Counted from the stretch's first letter, positions 18,188 to 29,066 are shown. The stretch: DNA of 64,000 nucleotides from Treponemataceae bacterium (GCA_963678065.2 CAXXVZ010000005.1:704001-768000); one strand, 5' to 3'. Numbers and translations: made by a program. Notes: a model not told the origin generated them from the letters alone.

Positions 18188-20995
18188 GGCCAGATGGGCC
18201 GCGCGCAAGTCTTCCCGGACCCGTTCGAATTCAGCCTCCATCGCCCGGACCGCCCTGGACAGGTCAAAATCCGCGTCGCCGTTCCGCAGCTTCCCTTCCA
18301 TTTCGGCGCAGAGGGAGGAAAGCCCTGAGGCCCCGAACAGCAGGGCGCTCGACTTGACAGAGTGCGCGGCCCTGACAAGTCCCGCCGCGTCGACGCCACT
18401 CTTCATGCCGGCAAGCGAGGTCTCCGTCTCGGCGATGAAATCGGCCGCCAACGCGACCAGGGCGGCGGGGTCTTCCGCCCCGACCGTCTGCCGCAGATCC
18501 TCCAGAATGGCCGCATCGAGGGAAGAGCCCGCGCCCGACGCCTTTCCCCCTTCGTGAGCGCGCTCCTTCGGAATGCTCGCCTCGGCCCGCGCCAGCGCAT
18601 CGGACAGTTCGTCGATGCGTACGGGCTTCCCGATGTAATCGTCCATGCCGGCGGAAAGACAGATCTCGCGGTCGCCCTGCATCGCGTTCGCCGTCATCGC
18701 GATGATGTAGGGCTGACCGTGGGCGCGATGGCCCGAGCGTATCCTCCGGGTGGCCTCGAGGCCATCCATCTCGGGCATCTGGACATCCATGAGGACGATG
18801 TCGTAGGGCTGCCTCTCCAGCGACTCGAGCACTTCGATTCCGTTTGCCGCGGTGTCGGCCCGCAGACCGATGCGTTTGAGGAGGAGGAGCGCGACCTGCT
18901 TGTTGACGAGATTGTCCTCGGCCAGAAGAATCCTGACCGGCCGGAGGGCAGCGGCGCTTCCCATGACTTCCGTCTCCGTCTCCGGTTCGGGTCCTGGTTC
19001 GGCTTCCGCTTCTTTTCCTGCCGCTTGACCGCCATCTGATCCGAAGACATCCAGCAAAGTGGAGAAGAGGACGGACGGCTTGATCGGCTTCGTCAGATAG
19101 GCGGCGAGTTTCAGGCCCGCCGTGTCGACATCCTTGAGTCCGGAGGAGGTGAGCATGACGAGCTCGGGTTTCTTCGGCAGGTCGAGGGCCTGGATGGCGG
19201 CGCCGAGGCTGGCCCCGTCCATCTCCGGCATCTGCATGTCCAGAAGGACCATGTCGTAGGGCCTGCCCGAGGCGACCCAGGCGAGCGCTTCCATCGGAAA
19301 TTCGGTCTCCTCGGGAATCATGCCCCAGGAATGAACCTGACGGTACAGAATGTACCGGTTCGTGGCATTGTCGTCGACGATGAGGACATGCCTGCCCGCG
19401 AGTCCGGGCTGCTGCCTGTGCAGAAAACCCGGGACCGGGCGCCGAGAGGCGAGCGCGGACACGGTAAAATGGAAGATCGAGCCTTCCCCGGGGAGACCTT
19501 CGCTCTCCGCCCACATCTCCCCGCCCATCAGCTGGGCGAGCCTGCGGCTGATGGCGAGTCCGAGACCCGTCCCGCCGAATTTCCGGGTAGTCGACGCGTC
19601 GACCTGACTGAACGACCTGAAGAGACGATCCATGCGGTCGGGAGGAATGCCTATTCCCGTGTCCCTGACGGAGAAAAGCAGGCGGACAGGCGCTTCCCCA
19701 TTCTTTCCGTCCACGCACTGCGCCGCCTCGGCGGCCAAGCCCACAGTGACTACCACCTCGCCCTTCGAGGTGAATTTCACCGAATTGGACAGGAGATTGA
19801 GGATGATCTGCCTGAGCCGCGTCGAATCGCCGACGATCGCGTCCGGCACAGCGGGTTCAAGTATGTAGGCGAGATCGAGACCCTTGGCCGTCGCCTGGCC
19901 CGCGACCAGATCGAGGGCGGATTCGACGCACTCGCGCAGGTCGAAGGGCTGCTCCTCGAGCTCCATGCGCCCCGCCTCGATCTTGGAAAAGTCGAGGATG
20001 TCGTTGATGATGGCGAGGAGGGACTCGCCGCTCGAGCGTATGGTCTCGGCGAACATCCTCTGGTCCGGACTCAGCTGAGTGTCGAGGAGGAGGGTCGTCA
20101 TGCCGATCACGGCGTTCATCGGAGTGCGGATCTCGTGGCTCATGGTCGCGAGAAAAGAGCTTTTGGCCTCGTTGGCGGCTTCCGCCTCCCGTCTGGCCTG
20201 CGCGAGCTCACTGATGTCGTGATAGATGGCCATGCCGCCCATGGCCTCGCCGTTCACGGCCAGGGGAACCGCTCTCAGTTCGACCTCGGCCTGACTCCCG
20301 TCCTTGCGCCGGCGCTGCGTGATGGCGCGCACGTAGCGCCCCTCAGCGCCAGTCGATGAAGTGAAGGCCCGGGCATCGGCCCTGTACTCGGGAGACACGA
20401 GGAGTTCGTCGATCTCGCGGCCGAGGACTTCCTCCTCCCGATAGCCGAAAAGTTTCTCGGCCTCGGGATTCCATGAGTTGATCAACCCGTTCTTGTCGAC
20501 CATGACGGCGGCCGCGGGCATGTTGTCCACCAGCGTCTCGAAATACTTGCGGTGCCGGAGCTCGGCCCGTTCCGCCTCCCTGCGCGCGGTCACGTCGTTG
20601 CCGATGGTGAGAAATTCGACGATATCACCGCCTTCGTCGAGGATCGGGGTGTTGATCCAGGATACCCAGACGATGGAGCCATCCTTGCGTATGTTGCCGT
20701 TCTCGTTGTTCTTGTAGGCCCCGGGATTGTCGAGGAGACCCTTGAGGAAGGAGTCGCAGCCCGCCGAGGCCGGGGCCTGCCCGGAATCAATGGATGGCTC
20801 ACCATCTATTGATGGTGCCATAGTCTGGAGCACGCTGCGGCCGACAAGTTCCTCCCGGGAATAGCCGAGGAAGCGCACCGTATAATCATTCACATACGTG
20901 ATCGTTCCCTGCCTGTCGAAGCGCATGATGATGCTGTCGGCGCTCTCGACGAGGCTGCGATAGAGAATGGCGTCGGAGATCGTGCTCGTTTTCAT
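18179..20995 (-). CDS. Hybrid sensor histidine kinase (PAS-PAS-HisKA-HATPase-REC-REC-Hpt)
   Basis: FLATMSHEIRTPMN, DTGIGI, GGTGLGL, two receiver domains, AHSVKSS Hpt. Confidence 0.93.
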   Translation of the reverse strand: MKTSTISDAILYRSLVESADSIIMRFDRQGTITYVNDYTVRFLGYSREELVGRSVLQTMAPSIDGEPSIDSGQAPASAGCDSFLKGLLDNPGAYKNNENGNIRKDGSIVWVSWINTPILDEGGDIVEFLTIGNDVTARREAERAELRHRKYFETLVDNMPAAAVMVDKNGLINSWNPEAEKLFGYREEEVLGREIDELLVSPEYRADARAFTSSTGAEGRYVRAITQRRRKDGSQAEVELRAVPLAVNGEAMGGMAIYHDISELAQARREAEAANEAKSSFLATMSHEIRTPMNAVIGMTTLLLDTQLSPDQRMFAETIRSSGESLLAIINDILDFSKIEAGRMELEEQPFDLRECVESALDLVAGQATAKGLDLAYILEPAVPDAIVGDSTRLRQIILNLLSNSVKFTSKGEVVVTVGLAAEAAQCVDGKNGEAPVRLLFSVRDTGIGIPPDRMDRLFRSFSQVDASTTRKFGGTGLGLAISRRLAQLMGGEMWAESEGLPGEGSIFHFTVSALASRRPVPGFLHRQQPGLAGRHVLIVDDNATNRYILYRQVHSWGMIPEETEFPMEALAWVASGRPYDMVLLDMQMPEMDGASLGAAIQALDLPKKPELVMLTSSGLKDVDTAGLKLAAYLTKPIKPSVLFSTLLDVFGSDGGQAAGKEAEAEPGPEPETETEVMGSAAALRPVRILLAEDNLVNKQVALLLLKRIGLRADTAANGIEVLESLERQPYDIVLMDVQMPEMDGLEATRRIRSGHRAHGQPYIIAMTANAMQGDREICLSAGMDDYIGKPVRIDELSDALARAEASIPKERAHEGGKASGAGSSLDAAILEDLRQTVGAEDPAALVALAADFIAETETSLAGMKSGVDAAGLVRAAHSVKSSALLFGASGLSSLCAEMEGKLRNGDADFDLSRAVRAMEAEFERVREDLRAAHLASF

Positions 20996-21091
20996 ATGCG
21001 CATCCTTGTGTATCTGTGGAGTCCCGGGCCCAGAAGCGAAAAAGTCCCGCCTCCTCGGAAAGCCGGGGTCAGGACCGGGATCAACAAGTTC

Positions 21092-22759
21092 TCAGCGGCA
21101 GCCGCTGAGAACCCGGTTCCGCCCGGCGCCTTTGGCCGCATACATGGCCGCGTCGGCCTCTTCCAGAAGGGATTCGGCGTTCCCTCCGGAATGGAGCCCC
21201 GCCACGCCACAGCTGAAGGTGACGATAAAATCCCTGTCGGCCGCGAGATGTTTGATCCGGCTGAAGCCCTCCGCCAGCTCGGTGAGCATGGTCAGGGCCG
21301 TATTCTCGTCGGTTCCCGGCATGATGACGGCGAATTCCTCGCCGCCGTAGCGCCCGATGATGTCGCCTTCCCGAAGGCGCTGTCTCAGCATGTGGGACAA
21401 GCTTTTCAGGACGCGGTCGCCCGTGGAGTGGCCGTACCTGTCGTTCACGTCCTTGAAATCGTCGAGATCGATCATGGCGAAGGAGAGGCCGGCGCCGTCA
21501 CTCCGCGCCCGCTCGACCTCGCGCGACAGGCATTCCAGGATGGCATTGTGGTTGAAAAGGCCAGTGAGTCCATCGCGGATCATGTGGGTACGGAGCTGTC
21601 GGTAGCGGGCTACTTTCGTCGTCACCGAAGAGATCAGGTGTTCCGTTTCGATGGGTTTTGTCAGGAAATCGTCGCCGCCTATGCCCAGGGCCGCGAGTTG
21701 TTTGTCCTTGTCAGTCTCTCCGGAGAGGAAGACGATGGGCAGGCTGACGAATCGCTCCATCTGGCGGATGACCATCGCGAGTTCGATCCCCGTGCAGTCG
21801 GGCATGTACATGTCCATGAGGACGAGATCGGGTTCGAAGCCGATGATCCGCTCGATCAGATCCATCGGATCAGAGAGGATCTCGGCGATCATGCCGGCCT
21901 TTTTCAACTGGAGGGACGTGTAGGTGGCCTGAACCCTGGAATCGTCGACGATGAGTATCCGCGCAGGCTTGTCGTCGCCGCGGAAGGCGAGGCGGTCCAT
22001 CACGTCGACGAGAGTGTCCACGTCGACCGGCTTGACGAAGTAGGCCCTTCCTCCCGCCCTGACGGCCTGCAGTCGGAAAGACATGCTGTCGTTCCGGGTT
22101 ATGAAAATCACGGGAGCTGCCCGAGCGTCGCTCTCTCCCAGACGGACTGCGGACTCGATGCCCGCAAGGCCCCCTTCGGGGAAGATGATGTCCATGAGGA
22201 TCACTGTCGGGCTCTGTCCGGGAAGCGCTTCCTCGAGCTCCGCGGGGGAACAGAAAATTCTGACGCCGTAGCCAAAATATCCGATCTGTGTGGAGAGCTC
22301 GCGCGCCTGGACAGAATCGTCCTCCACGAGGAAGACCATCCTCCGTTTCCGCTGTTCTTCGAGGGAGGCCGTGACAGCCCTGGCGGCGCCGAGTCTCTGA
22401 GTCAGTTCCGCGAGGTCGACCTGCCTGTCGTACATGACGGCCTTCCCGAGCTCGTCTATCCTCCGCTCAGCAAGTTCGAGGGCCTGCGGGTCGGAGGGAG
22501 CCGAGGCGGCCACCTCGAGGGCCCGCTGGGAAAGCCGGGCCTGTTCGGCGATCTTGAAGAAGCCAAGCGATCCGGAGGCTCCAGCGAGGCTGTGAGTTTT
22601 CTGGACCAGGTCGGAAAGGTCCGCAGGGTCGCTCTCATCCCTGCGGACCCGGGCCCAGGCGGTCTGAATGGCCCCCCATTGTCCGGGCAGGCCGGCGAGA
22701 AAATCGACGGTGATCTGTTTCAGGCTTTCGACAAGCTCGACACCGGTGTCCATGCTCAT
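21092..22759 (-). CDS. Diguanylate cyclase response regulator (Hpt-REC-REC-GGDEF)
   Basis: HSLAGASGSLGF (Hpt), two REC domains, RYGGEEF with upstream RxxD (REGD). Confidence 0.9.
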   Translation of the reverse strand: MSMDTGVELVESLKQITVDFLAGLPGQWGAIQTAWARVRRDESDPADLSDLVQKTHSLAGASGSLGFFKIAEQARLSQRALEVAASAPSDPQALELAERRIDELGKAVMYDRQVDLAELTQRLGAARAVTASLEEQRKRRMVFLVEDDSVQARELSTQIGYFGYGVRIFCSPAELEEALPGQSPTVILMDIIFPEGGLAGIESAVRLGESDARAAPVIFITRNDSMSFRLQAVRAGGRAYFVKPVDVDTLVDVMDRLAFRGDDKPARILIVDDSRVQATYTSLQLKKAGMIAEILSDPMDLIERIIGFEPDLVLMDMYMPDCTGIELAMVIRQMERFVSLPIVFLSGETDKDKQLAALGIGGDDFLTKPIETEHLISSVTTKVARYRQLRTHMIRDGLTGLFNHNAILECLSREVERARSDGAGLSFAMIDLDDFKDVNDRYGHSTGDRVLKSLSHMLRQRLREGDIIGRYGGEEFAVIMPGTDENTALTMLTELAEGFSRIKHLAADRDFIVTFSCGVAGLHSGGNAESLLEEADAAMYAAKGAGRNRVLSGCR

Positions 22760-22853
22760 TGCTCCCGCAGATATACGTTTTCAGACAGTTTAATCTATGG
22801 AGAATCCGAATGGTAGGGCAGTCGGGCCGGCGGTTCCTGAAAACCGCGCGCTC

Positions 22854-23678
22854 TCAGCCTCCCCACTCGCTCGGGTCCCGCCTGAAAAAAGTCCGCATCT
22901 GAGCGTAGACCGCGGGATACTCGCGCAGCAGGACCCCGGGTCTCTCGTAAAAATACTCGCAGGCGACGGCGAAGAACTCGTCGGGGCTCTCTGCCGCGTA
23001 GGGGTCGATGCGCGTCCTCGACTTCGCCTTGCCTCCCGGGCCGCGGCCTCCGCCGGGCCGCCGGCCAGTTCGCGGCGATTCGAGCTTGGACCTGAAGTCG
23101 GCGAAGGCCTCCGAAAACGCCGCCTTCCACGCGAGCGCATCCATGTCGCGGTGCAAGGGCGGGCAGCCGTCGTAGGAGCCGTCCCTGCCGTCGATCTTGT
23201 GCGCCATCTCGTGGATCACCACATTGTAACCGTCCCCCCAGCCCGACGCGTCGATGTCGGGGACAGAGAGGGCGACGGGACCTAAGTCGAAGGATTCGCC
23301 CGCAAACTCGTCCTCGTATTCGTGGATGACCCCCGCCTCGTCGGCCTCGCGCTTGGTGACATTGTAGTAGTCGGGCGTGACGATGATGGTCGACCAGCCC
23401 CTGTACCAGTCGAAGTCGAGTCCGAGAAGGGGGAGGCAGGCCTGGGCGGCCACCGAAACTTTCAGCTCCTCGTCGACCTCGGCTCCATCCACCGGATCGA
23501 AGCGTTTTGTCGCGAGAAAGAGAGTCGAGAGTTCACGCAGGAGTTTTTCGTCCCCCTCCGGCATGCCGCGGAAAATCTTGTGCCCGCGGAAGGCCCAGTC
23601 CCAGAGCTCGTCGGGGATGGGATTCCTTTCGGCAAGCCGTTTCCGGCCAGCCTCGCGCAACCGTGAAAAAATGCCCAT
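22854..23678 (-). CDS. M90/MtfA-family zinc peptidase
   Basis: AAQACLPLLGL, NVVIHEMAHKID, YAAESPDEFFAVACEYF. Confidence 0.85.
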   Translation of the reverse strand: MGIFSRLREAGRKRLAERNPIPDELWDWAFRGHKIFRGMPEGDEKLLRELSTLFLATKRFDPVDGAEVDEELKVSVAAQACLPLLGLDFDWYRGWSTIIVTPDYYNVTKREADEAGVIHEYEDEFAGESFDLGPVALSVPDIDASGWGDGYNVVIHEMAHKIDGRDGSYDGCPPLHRDMDALAWKAAFSEAFADFRSKLESPRTGRRPGGGRGPGGKAKSRTRIDPYAAESPDEFFAVACEYFYERPGVLLREYPAVYAQMRTFFRRDPSEWGG

Positions 23679-23923
23679 ACTATGGAAGGTACTCTGAATC
23701 GGGCCTCCCGTTGAAGCGGGCCGAAGCGCGCCGTGCCGCGCGACTTTGCGCGATTTCGAACGACTTCGTATGGCTTCACCCGACTTGCACGACTCGCGAC
23801 GTCGGCCGGGCGCACAAAAGCGGGAGGCGGGCAGCCTCCGCCCTGATTTCGGAAGCGCGGCGCGATAGCTTGCGGGTATGCCCCGATGCGGGGCGCCATC
23901 CATTTTGCATACCGGGGTTCAGC

Positions 23924-24949
23924 ATGAAACTCAAAGCCCTTGCTTTTGCGGTCGCCATCCTCTTCTCACTCTCTTCCGCTCAGGCCGAAGTCGAGGCCCC
24001 CGTGCAGGTGTCCTTCGTCCCCGGAGCGGGATTGCCCTTCGGCTCGGGCGACGCTGCCATTTCGCTCGGCCTCATCGGCGCGATAAACGACAGGATCGAC
24101 ATGATCCAGCTCTCCAGCGTCTTCAATGTCGCCAACGAGGCGCGCGGCATCCAGGCCGCCGGTGTCTTCAACGTCGCCTCGCAGAGGCTCGACGGAATCC
24201 AGCTCGGAGGTGTCTTCAACATCGGAAACATCGTTGTCACCCCCATCCAAGGCGCGGGCGTCTTCAACATCGCCCACAACCTCATCGGCTTCCAGGCCGC
24301 GGGCGTCTTCAACATCGCCGACAATGTCTACGGAGTCCAGACAGCGGGCGTCTTCAACCTGGCCAAGGATGTACGCGGCCTTCAGATCGGCGTCGTCAAC
24401 GTGGCGGACAAGGTCGACGGCCTCCAGATCGGCCTCCTCAACTTCTCGTCCAACGGAATCAGCGATCTCGGCCTCGTCTGGAACCGCTCCGACGGCTACG
24501 TGAACACATCATGGAAGACCGGCAGAAATGGCTTCTATTTCGTCTACGGCGCCGGCGCGCCTCAGGGCGAATGGTTCTCGAATCCCGACCATGTCACTGT
24601 CAGCGCGGGCCTGGGCGGCAGGACGGGGAGCTCGCGCGCCCCACACATCGACCTCGACATCCGCGCGGAACAATACCTCGGTCCCGACCATGTCAGGTTC
24701 GCCAAAGGCATCCTCCACGAGGACGGGCTCACTCCCCTGGACGTCCTCAGACCCTATCCCAGCATCAACCTCTGCCTCGGCATCCCCATCGGCCCCGTCA
24801 CTCTCATAGGCGGAGCCAAGGTCGACGTCAATCTCGCCGACGCTCCCTGGATGCCCGCAAGCCTGCAGAAGGGCCTGTCCTACTCCGACACCTGGTTCGG
24901 CCTCGGATTCACGGCCTGGACAAAGCTCTTCTTCGGGCTGAGCATCTAG
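23924..24949 (+). CDS. Secreted/surface protein with tandem GxQxxGVFN repeats (LA_2272-like)
   Basis: Signal peptide MKLKALAFAV...; about eight 14-15-aa repeats such as GIQAAGVFNVA. Confidence 0.72.
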   Translation: MKLKALAFAVAILFSLSSAQAEVEAPVQVSFVPGAGLPFGSGDAAISLGLIGAINDRIDMIQLSSVFNVANEARGIQAAGVFNVASQRLDGIQLGGVFNIGNIVVTPIQGAGVFNIAHNLIGFQAAGVFNIADNVYGVQTAGVFNLAKDVRGLQIGVVNVADKVDGLQIGLLNFSSNGISDLGLVWNRSDGYVNTSWKTGRNGFYFVYGAGAPQGEWFSNPDHVTVSAGLGGRTGSSRAPHIDLDIRAEQYLGPDHVRFAKGILHEDGLTPLDVLRPYPSINLCLGIPIGPVTLIGGAKVDVNLADAPWMPASLQKGLSYSDTWFGLGFTAWTKLFFGLSI

Positions 24950-25068
24950 ATCCTCATGTCACATTCCATCCTCGATGGCGGGTTGCGGCGCGGCGGCACA
25001 CCATTGTCCCGGCCTGCCGCGCCTCACCCCCTCGAACAGCCACCCTCACGCAAGCTATAGTCGTGGCC

Positions 25069-25722
25069 ATGAAATCCACGACCACGACTCCCACAGTTTC
25101 GACACTTGTATTCGATTTCGGCAGAGTCATCACCCGCGACCAGAACACGGTCTTGGCCACCGAGATGGCCTCGATGCTCGGCGCGAGCCCCGAAGCCTTC
25201 GCCCCGGCCTATTACGGCGAACGGAGCGAATACGACAGGGGCAGCTTCGGGGCGGAAGGCTACTGGACGCGCGTCGCCTCCCGGCTCGGGACCACAGTCG
25301 GCCACAACGAAATAGCCCGACTCGTCGAGCTCGACATGGAGAGCTGGTTCGTCATCGATCCGGCCATGACGGACTTCATCGCCGACATGAAAGCCCGCGT
25401 CGCCCGCCTTGTCCTTTTGTCCAACATACCCTTCGATGGAGCCGGGAAGCTCCGCCGCGGCGGGTACGGCTGGGTTTCCCTGTTCGACGGCCTCGTCCTC
25501 TCCTGCGAACACAGGGTCATCAAACCCGAACGCGCCATCTACGAAATATGCATCGCGGCGGCCGGAACAATGCCGGAGCGCTGTCTCCTCGTCGACGACG
25601 TCCCCGGCAACATCGCGGGCGCGCGCGACAGCGGGATGCAGGGCCATGTCTACGCTGGTATTCCCGCTCTCAGATCCGAGCTCGAGCGGAACTTCAGGCT
25701 GGTCTCCTCCCCGCAGGCCTGA
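25069..25722 (+). CDS. HAD-family phosphatase
   Basis: FDFGRVI, LLSN, KPERAIY, VDDVPGNIAGA. Confidence 0.82.
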   Translation: MKSTTTTPTVSTLVFDFGRVITRDQNTVLATEMASMLGASPEAFAPAYYGERSEYDRGSFGAEGYWTRVASRLGTTVGHNEIARLVELDMESWFVIDPAMTDFIADMKARVARLVLLSNIPFDGAGKLRRGGYGWVSLFDGLVLSCEHRVIKPERAIYEICIAAAGTMPERCLLVDDVPGNIAGARDSGMQGHVYAGIPALRSELERNFRLVSSPQA

Positions 25723-25797
25723 ACCCGCCGGTTCCGGCAGATTCCATCCCCTTTACCCGCGCGAAAGCTCTGGCTATCATGGGCCCGGAGGTTCCCG

Positions 25798-26532
25798 ATG
25801 ACCACTGTTCTCTCGTTGGGCGGTTCTATCGTCGCCCCGGACAGCCCCGATTCCGTCTTTCTCGCCGCCTTCCGGGCTTTTGTCGCGAGCTATCTCGCCG
25901 CCTCGCCCGAACGGCGTCTCATTCTGGTCGTCGGCGGCGGCGGTCCCGCGCGCAGTTGGCAGAAAGCCTACCGAGCCTCCCTCGCTCCGGTACCCGCCGG
26001 AGCCGCGGCATTCCCCGACACCTCCACCCCGCTCCCCTCCGACGAGGCTCAGGACTGGATCGGCATCGCCGCGACCCGCCTCAACGCCCAGCTCGTGAAG
26101 GGCATCCTCGGGGATCTCTGTCTCGACCCCGTCGTGACCGATCCGGTCGCCGACTTCGCCTTCTCGGGCCGCGTCCTCGTCGCGGCGGGCTGGAAGCCCG
26201 GATTCTCCACCGACTTCGACGCGGTCATGCTCGCGGAGCGCTTCGGCGCCAAAGTCGTGCTCAACCTCTCCAACATCGCGAAAGTCTACACGGCCGACCC
26301 GCGCGTCGATCCTTCCGCCCTCCCCATCGACAGCATCGCCTGGAAGGAATTCCGCGCCCTCGTGGGCGACACCTGGGTCCCCGGCAAGAACGTCCCCTTC
26401 GACCCGATCGCGACAAAAAAAGCCTCTGCACTCGGCCTCAAGGTCGTCTGCGCCGCGGGCGCAGATCTCGCCAACCTCGGAAATATCCTCGAGGGGCGCC
26501 CCTTTGTCGGCACCGTGATCGGCCCGGACTGA
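25798..26532 (+). CDS. pyrH: UMP kinase, archaeal type
   Basis: VLSLGGS, VVGGGGPAR, PGFSTDFDA, VYTADPR, PFDPIA. Confidence 0.88.
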   Translation: MTTVLSLGGSIVAPDSPDSVFLAAFRAFVASYLAASPERRLILVVGGGGPARSWQKAYRASLAPVPAGAAAFPDTSTPLPSDEAQDWIGIAATRLNAQLVKGILGDLCLDPVVTDPVADFAFSGRVLVAAGWKPGFSTDFDAVMLAERFGAKVVLNLSNIAKVYTADPRVDPSALPIDSIAWKEFRALVGDTWVPGKNVPFDPIATKKASALGLKVVCAAGADLANLGNILEGRPFVGTVIGPD

Positions 26533-26549
26533 AGGACGCGTTCGATCCC

Positions 26550-27488
26550 ATGAACAAACCGCAGACTCAAACCGCCGGAAAGGCCGGCCGGATTCCCTCC
26601 GGGGCGCTCAGGGCGGATGGCCTCCTCCTTCTCACCGCCATCATCTGGGGCTTCGCATTCTCCGCCCAGCGCAGCGGGATGGAGTTCATCGGCCCCTTCG
26701 CCTACACGGGAGTGCGCTTCGCCCTCGGAGCCCTCTCCATGCTCCCTCTTCTCATCTTTTCGCGCCGACGCGCCTCGCCCGCAGAAAAGGCCAAATCGAT
26801 CAAGCCGGGCAGAAAGATCCTCGGGATAGGCGCAGCCGGTCTCATCCTCTTCTCGGGTTCGACCCTCCAGCAGGTCGGCCTCGTCTCCACGACGGCCGGA
26901 AACGCCGGCTTCATCACCTGCCTCTACGTCGTCCTCGTGCCTCTCCTGGGGATACTCATCGGCAGGCACTCTTCGCCCCGGATATGGATCGGCGCCATCC
27001 TCGCTCTCGCCGGCCTCTACATCCTGTCCATCGGGGCGGGCTTCACCATGGCCAAAGGCGACCTCCTCGTCCTCATCGGGGCCTTCTTCTGGGCCTTCCA
27101 CATCCTCATCGTCGCGCGGCTCGCCAACCGCATGGACCCGCTCGAACTGGCTTTCGGACAGTACATCATGTGCTCCATCCTCAGCCTCGCCGTCGCCCTC
27201 GCGACGGAGCCGCACACATTCTCCGGCATTCTTCCCGCCGCCATCCCCATCCTCTACGGCGGGATACTCTCCATCGGCGTCGCCTTCACCCTGCAGATCA
27301 TCGCCCAGAAGACCGCCCACCCCGCGCACGCATCCATCATCCTCTCCATGGAATCCCTGTTCGCGGCTATCGGTGGCGTCATTCTCCTCGGCGAGCCCGT
27401 CACGGCGAGGCTCGTGATCGGCGGGGCATTCATGCTCTCGGGCATGCTCATCTCCCAGACCGAGTCTGCGCCCGGACCCACGGCTTAA
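26550..27488 (+). CDS. DMT/EamA-family transporter
   Basis: LLLTAIIWGFAF, about 10 TM segments, ASIILSMESLFA. Confidence 0.88.
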   Translation: MNKPQTQTAGKAGRIPSGALRADGLLLLTAIIWGFAFSAQRSGMEFIGPFAYTGVRFALGALSMLPLLIFSRRRASPAEKAKSIKPGRKILGIGAAGLILFSGSTLQQVGLVSTTAGNAGFITCLYVVLVPLLGILIGRHSSPRIWIGAILALAGLYILSIGAGFTMAKGDLLVLIGAFFWAFHILIVARLANRMDPLELAFGQYIMCSILSLAVALATEPHTFSGILPAAIPILYGGILSIGVAFTLQIIAQKTAHPAHASIILSMESLFAAIGGVILLGEPVTARLVIGGAFMLSGMLISQTESAPGPTA

Positions 27489-27737
27489 GCCGGTGGTTCC
27501 CGGAACGTGTTCATGAGATCCGCCGGCTTCCGGACGCAGGCCCGGAAGCACAGAGTGGCCGCCCGTGTCGTTTTTTCCTGCACCAAAGCGCAGACAATGG
27601 TAAAAGACCGTCGTCCGCGATAGAATTGAAGGTGGTTCTGCGGAATCCCGCTCCGGACATGATCGACGACCTCGCAGCGGGCTGCGGGGTATGAACCCAC
27701 TTCCGAATCAACCGCGGATCATCGCAAGGAGACCCGA

Positions 27738-28385
27738 ATGCCGGATTATACGGACATTGAGACCTCTCGCCAGAAGGCCCTCGACATGCTCACCAACGCC
27801 TTCGCGGGCGGCGACATATCGATTGAGGACTACGAAAAAAAGGCGGGACGGGTGCAAAACGCCACCCGTGTCGATGAAATCAGGCAGTGTGTTTCCGACT
27901 TGCCCGCCGACCCCTTGCCCGGCCAGGCATCCTCCAGGGGCTTCCCCGAGTCGCGCTCACGTCGCTCCGACCGCGACAGGGGCTATGCCGGCGATCCGGC
28001 CCTTCGCCCCCAGCCTGACTTCGCTGTCGAGGCGAGGGGCAGCGGCAACGAGGCCATCGCCTGCGTCATGGGCGAGCGGCACATGACCGGAGACTGGCTC
28101 AACACCGACAATGTTTCATCGTTCACCCTCATGGGAAGCACGACCCTCGACCTCAGGCACACCGCCCTGCCACCCGGCAGGCTCAAGATCGACGCTTTCA
28201 CCCTCATGGGCGAGATCAAGGTCATCGTACCGCGCGGTCTTCCGGTCAAACTCAGCGCATTTCCCTTCATGGGCGACGCGCGAATGGCGGAGAATGTCGA
28301 ACGGCGCGTCGTCCGCTCCGGGCCGTATGTGGAAATTTCCGGATTCGCCATGATGGGCAGCATCGTGGTACACTCGGCCGATTGA
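27738..28385 (+). CDS. DUF1707 (SHOCT-like) plus LiaF-like C-terminal domain protein
   Basis: RQKALDMLTNAFAGGDISIEDY; MGSTTLDLR...MGEIKVIVP. Confidence 0.72.
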   Translation: MPDYTDIETSRQKALDMLTNAFAGGDISIEDYEKKAGRVQNATRVDEIRQCVSDLPADPLPGQASSRGFPESRSRRSDRDRGYAGDPALRPQPDFAVEARGSGNEAIACVMGERHMTGDWLNTDNVSSFTLMGSTTLDLRHTALPPGRLKIDAFTLMGEIKVIVPRGLPVKLSAFPFMGDARMAENVERRVVRSGPYVEISGFAMMGSIVVHSAD

Positions 28386-28395
28386 GGGAGGTCTC

Positions 28396-28887
28396 ATGTA
28401 CAGAATAGTGCCCACAGACGAAAAATATGCGGAATCCTTCCTTCAGGCTGTCGATTCGGTCAAGGATGAAGGCGAGTTCCTCTTCGCGACCCTCCGGTTC
28501 AAGATCGAAGACACCGTGCACTTCATGCGGGCTGCGCGCGAAAACGATACCCCCGCCTTCATCGCTCTCGACGAAAGGGAGGAGGTCATCGGCTGGTGCG
28601 ACATCGCCCCCGGAAACATCGAGGAAACACGCCACGTCGGGACTCTCGGAATGGGCATTGTGGCGGCCGAACGCGGAAAGGGTATCGGCGAGGAACTCCT
28701 CGCCCAGGTCATCAACAAAGCCAGGCAGAAAGGCATGGAAAAGATCGAGCTGCAGGTCTTCGCTTCCAACGATGCCGCGCGTTCCCTCTACCGTAAGTTC
28801 GGTTTCTCCGAGGAAGGACTCCTCCGCCGGAAGCGCAAGTACCGGAACCATTACGACGACCTCGTCTGCATGGGGCTGTTCCTGTAA
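28396..28887 (+). CDS. GNAT N-acetyltransferase
   Basis: RGKGIG, NDAARSLYRKFGF. Confidence 0.85.
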   Translation: MYRIVPTDEKYAESFLQAVDSVKDEGEFLFATLRFKIEDTVHFMRAARENDTPAFIALDEREEVIGWCDIAPGNIEETRHVGTLGMGIVAAERGKGIGEELLAQVINKARQKGMEKIELQVFASNDAARSLYRKFGFSEEGLLRRKRKYRNHYDDLVCMGLFL

Positions 28888-28974
28888 GTCTCCGGCCCCG
28901 CTTGCGGATGCCGCCTCCGCCCACGCGCGCATCCCCCGCCCGGAGATGCGCGCCGCCGGACGGATCGCAGACCG

Positions 28975-29019
28975 AAAAAAAGGCCGCGTCCTCGGGGATT
29001 ATCCCAGGAGCGCGGCCTT
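28975..29019 (-). terminator. Rho-independent terminator between convergent genes
   Basis: A-run followed by AAGGCCGCG...CGCGGCCTT stem; U-tract lies on the minus strand. Confidence 0.65.
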
Positions 29020-29066
29020 CATCTTTTCCGTCACATCATCCCCCTCTGCGAGGGGGCAGACCTCTT

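Noticed and set aside
24100..24445. DNA repeats (GGCGTCTTCAAC) as a DGR or phase-variation locus
   Set aside because: Fully explained by in-frame protein repeats; no reverse transcriptase or template/variable repeat pair.
23878..27488. Long fused ORFs 23878..25722 and 24975..27488
   Set aside because: Their N-terminal parts are off-frame overlaps of upstream genes; only the HAD (from 25069) and DMT (from 26550) parts are protein-like.
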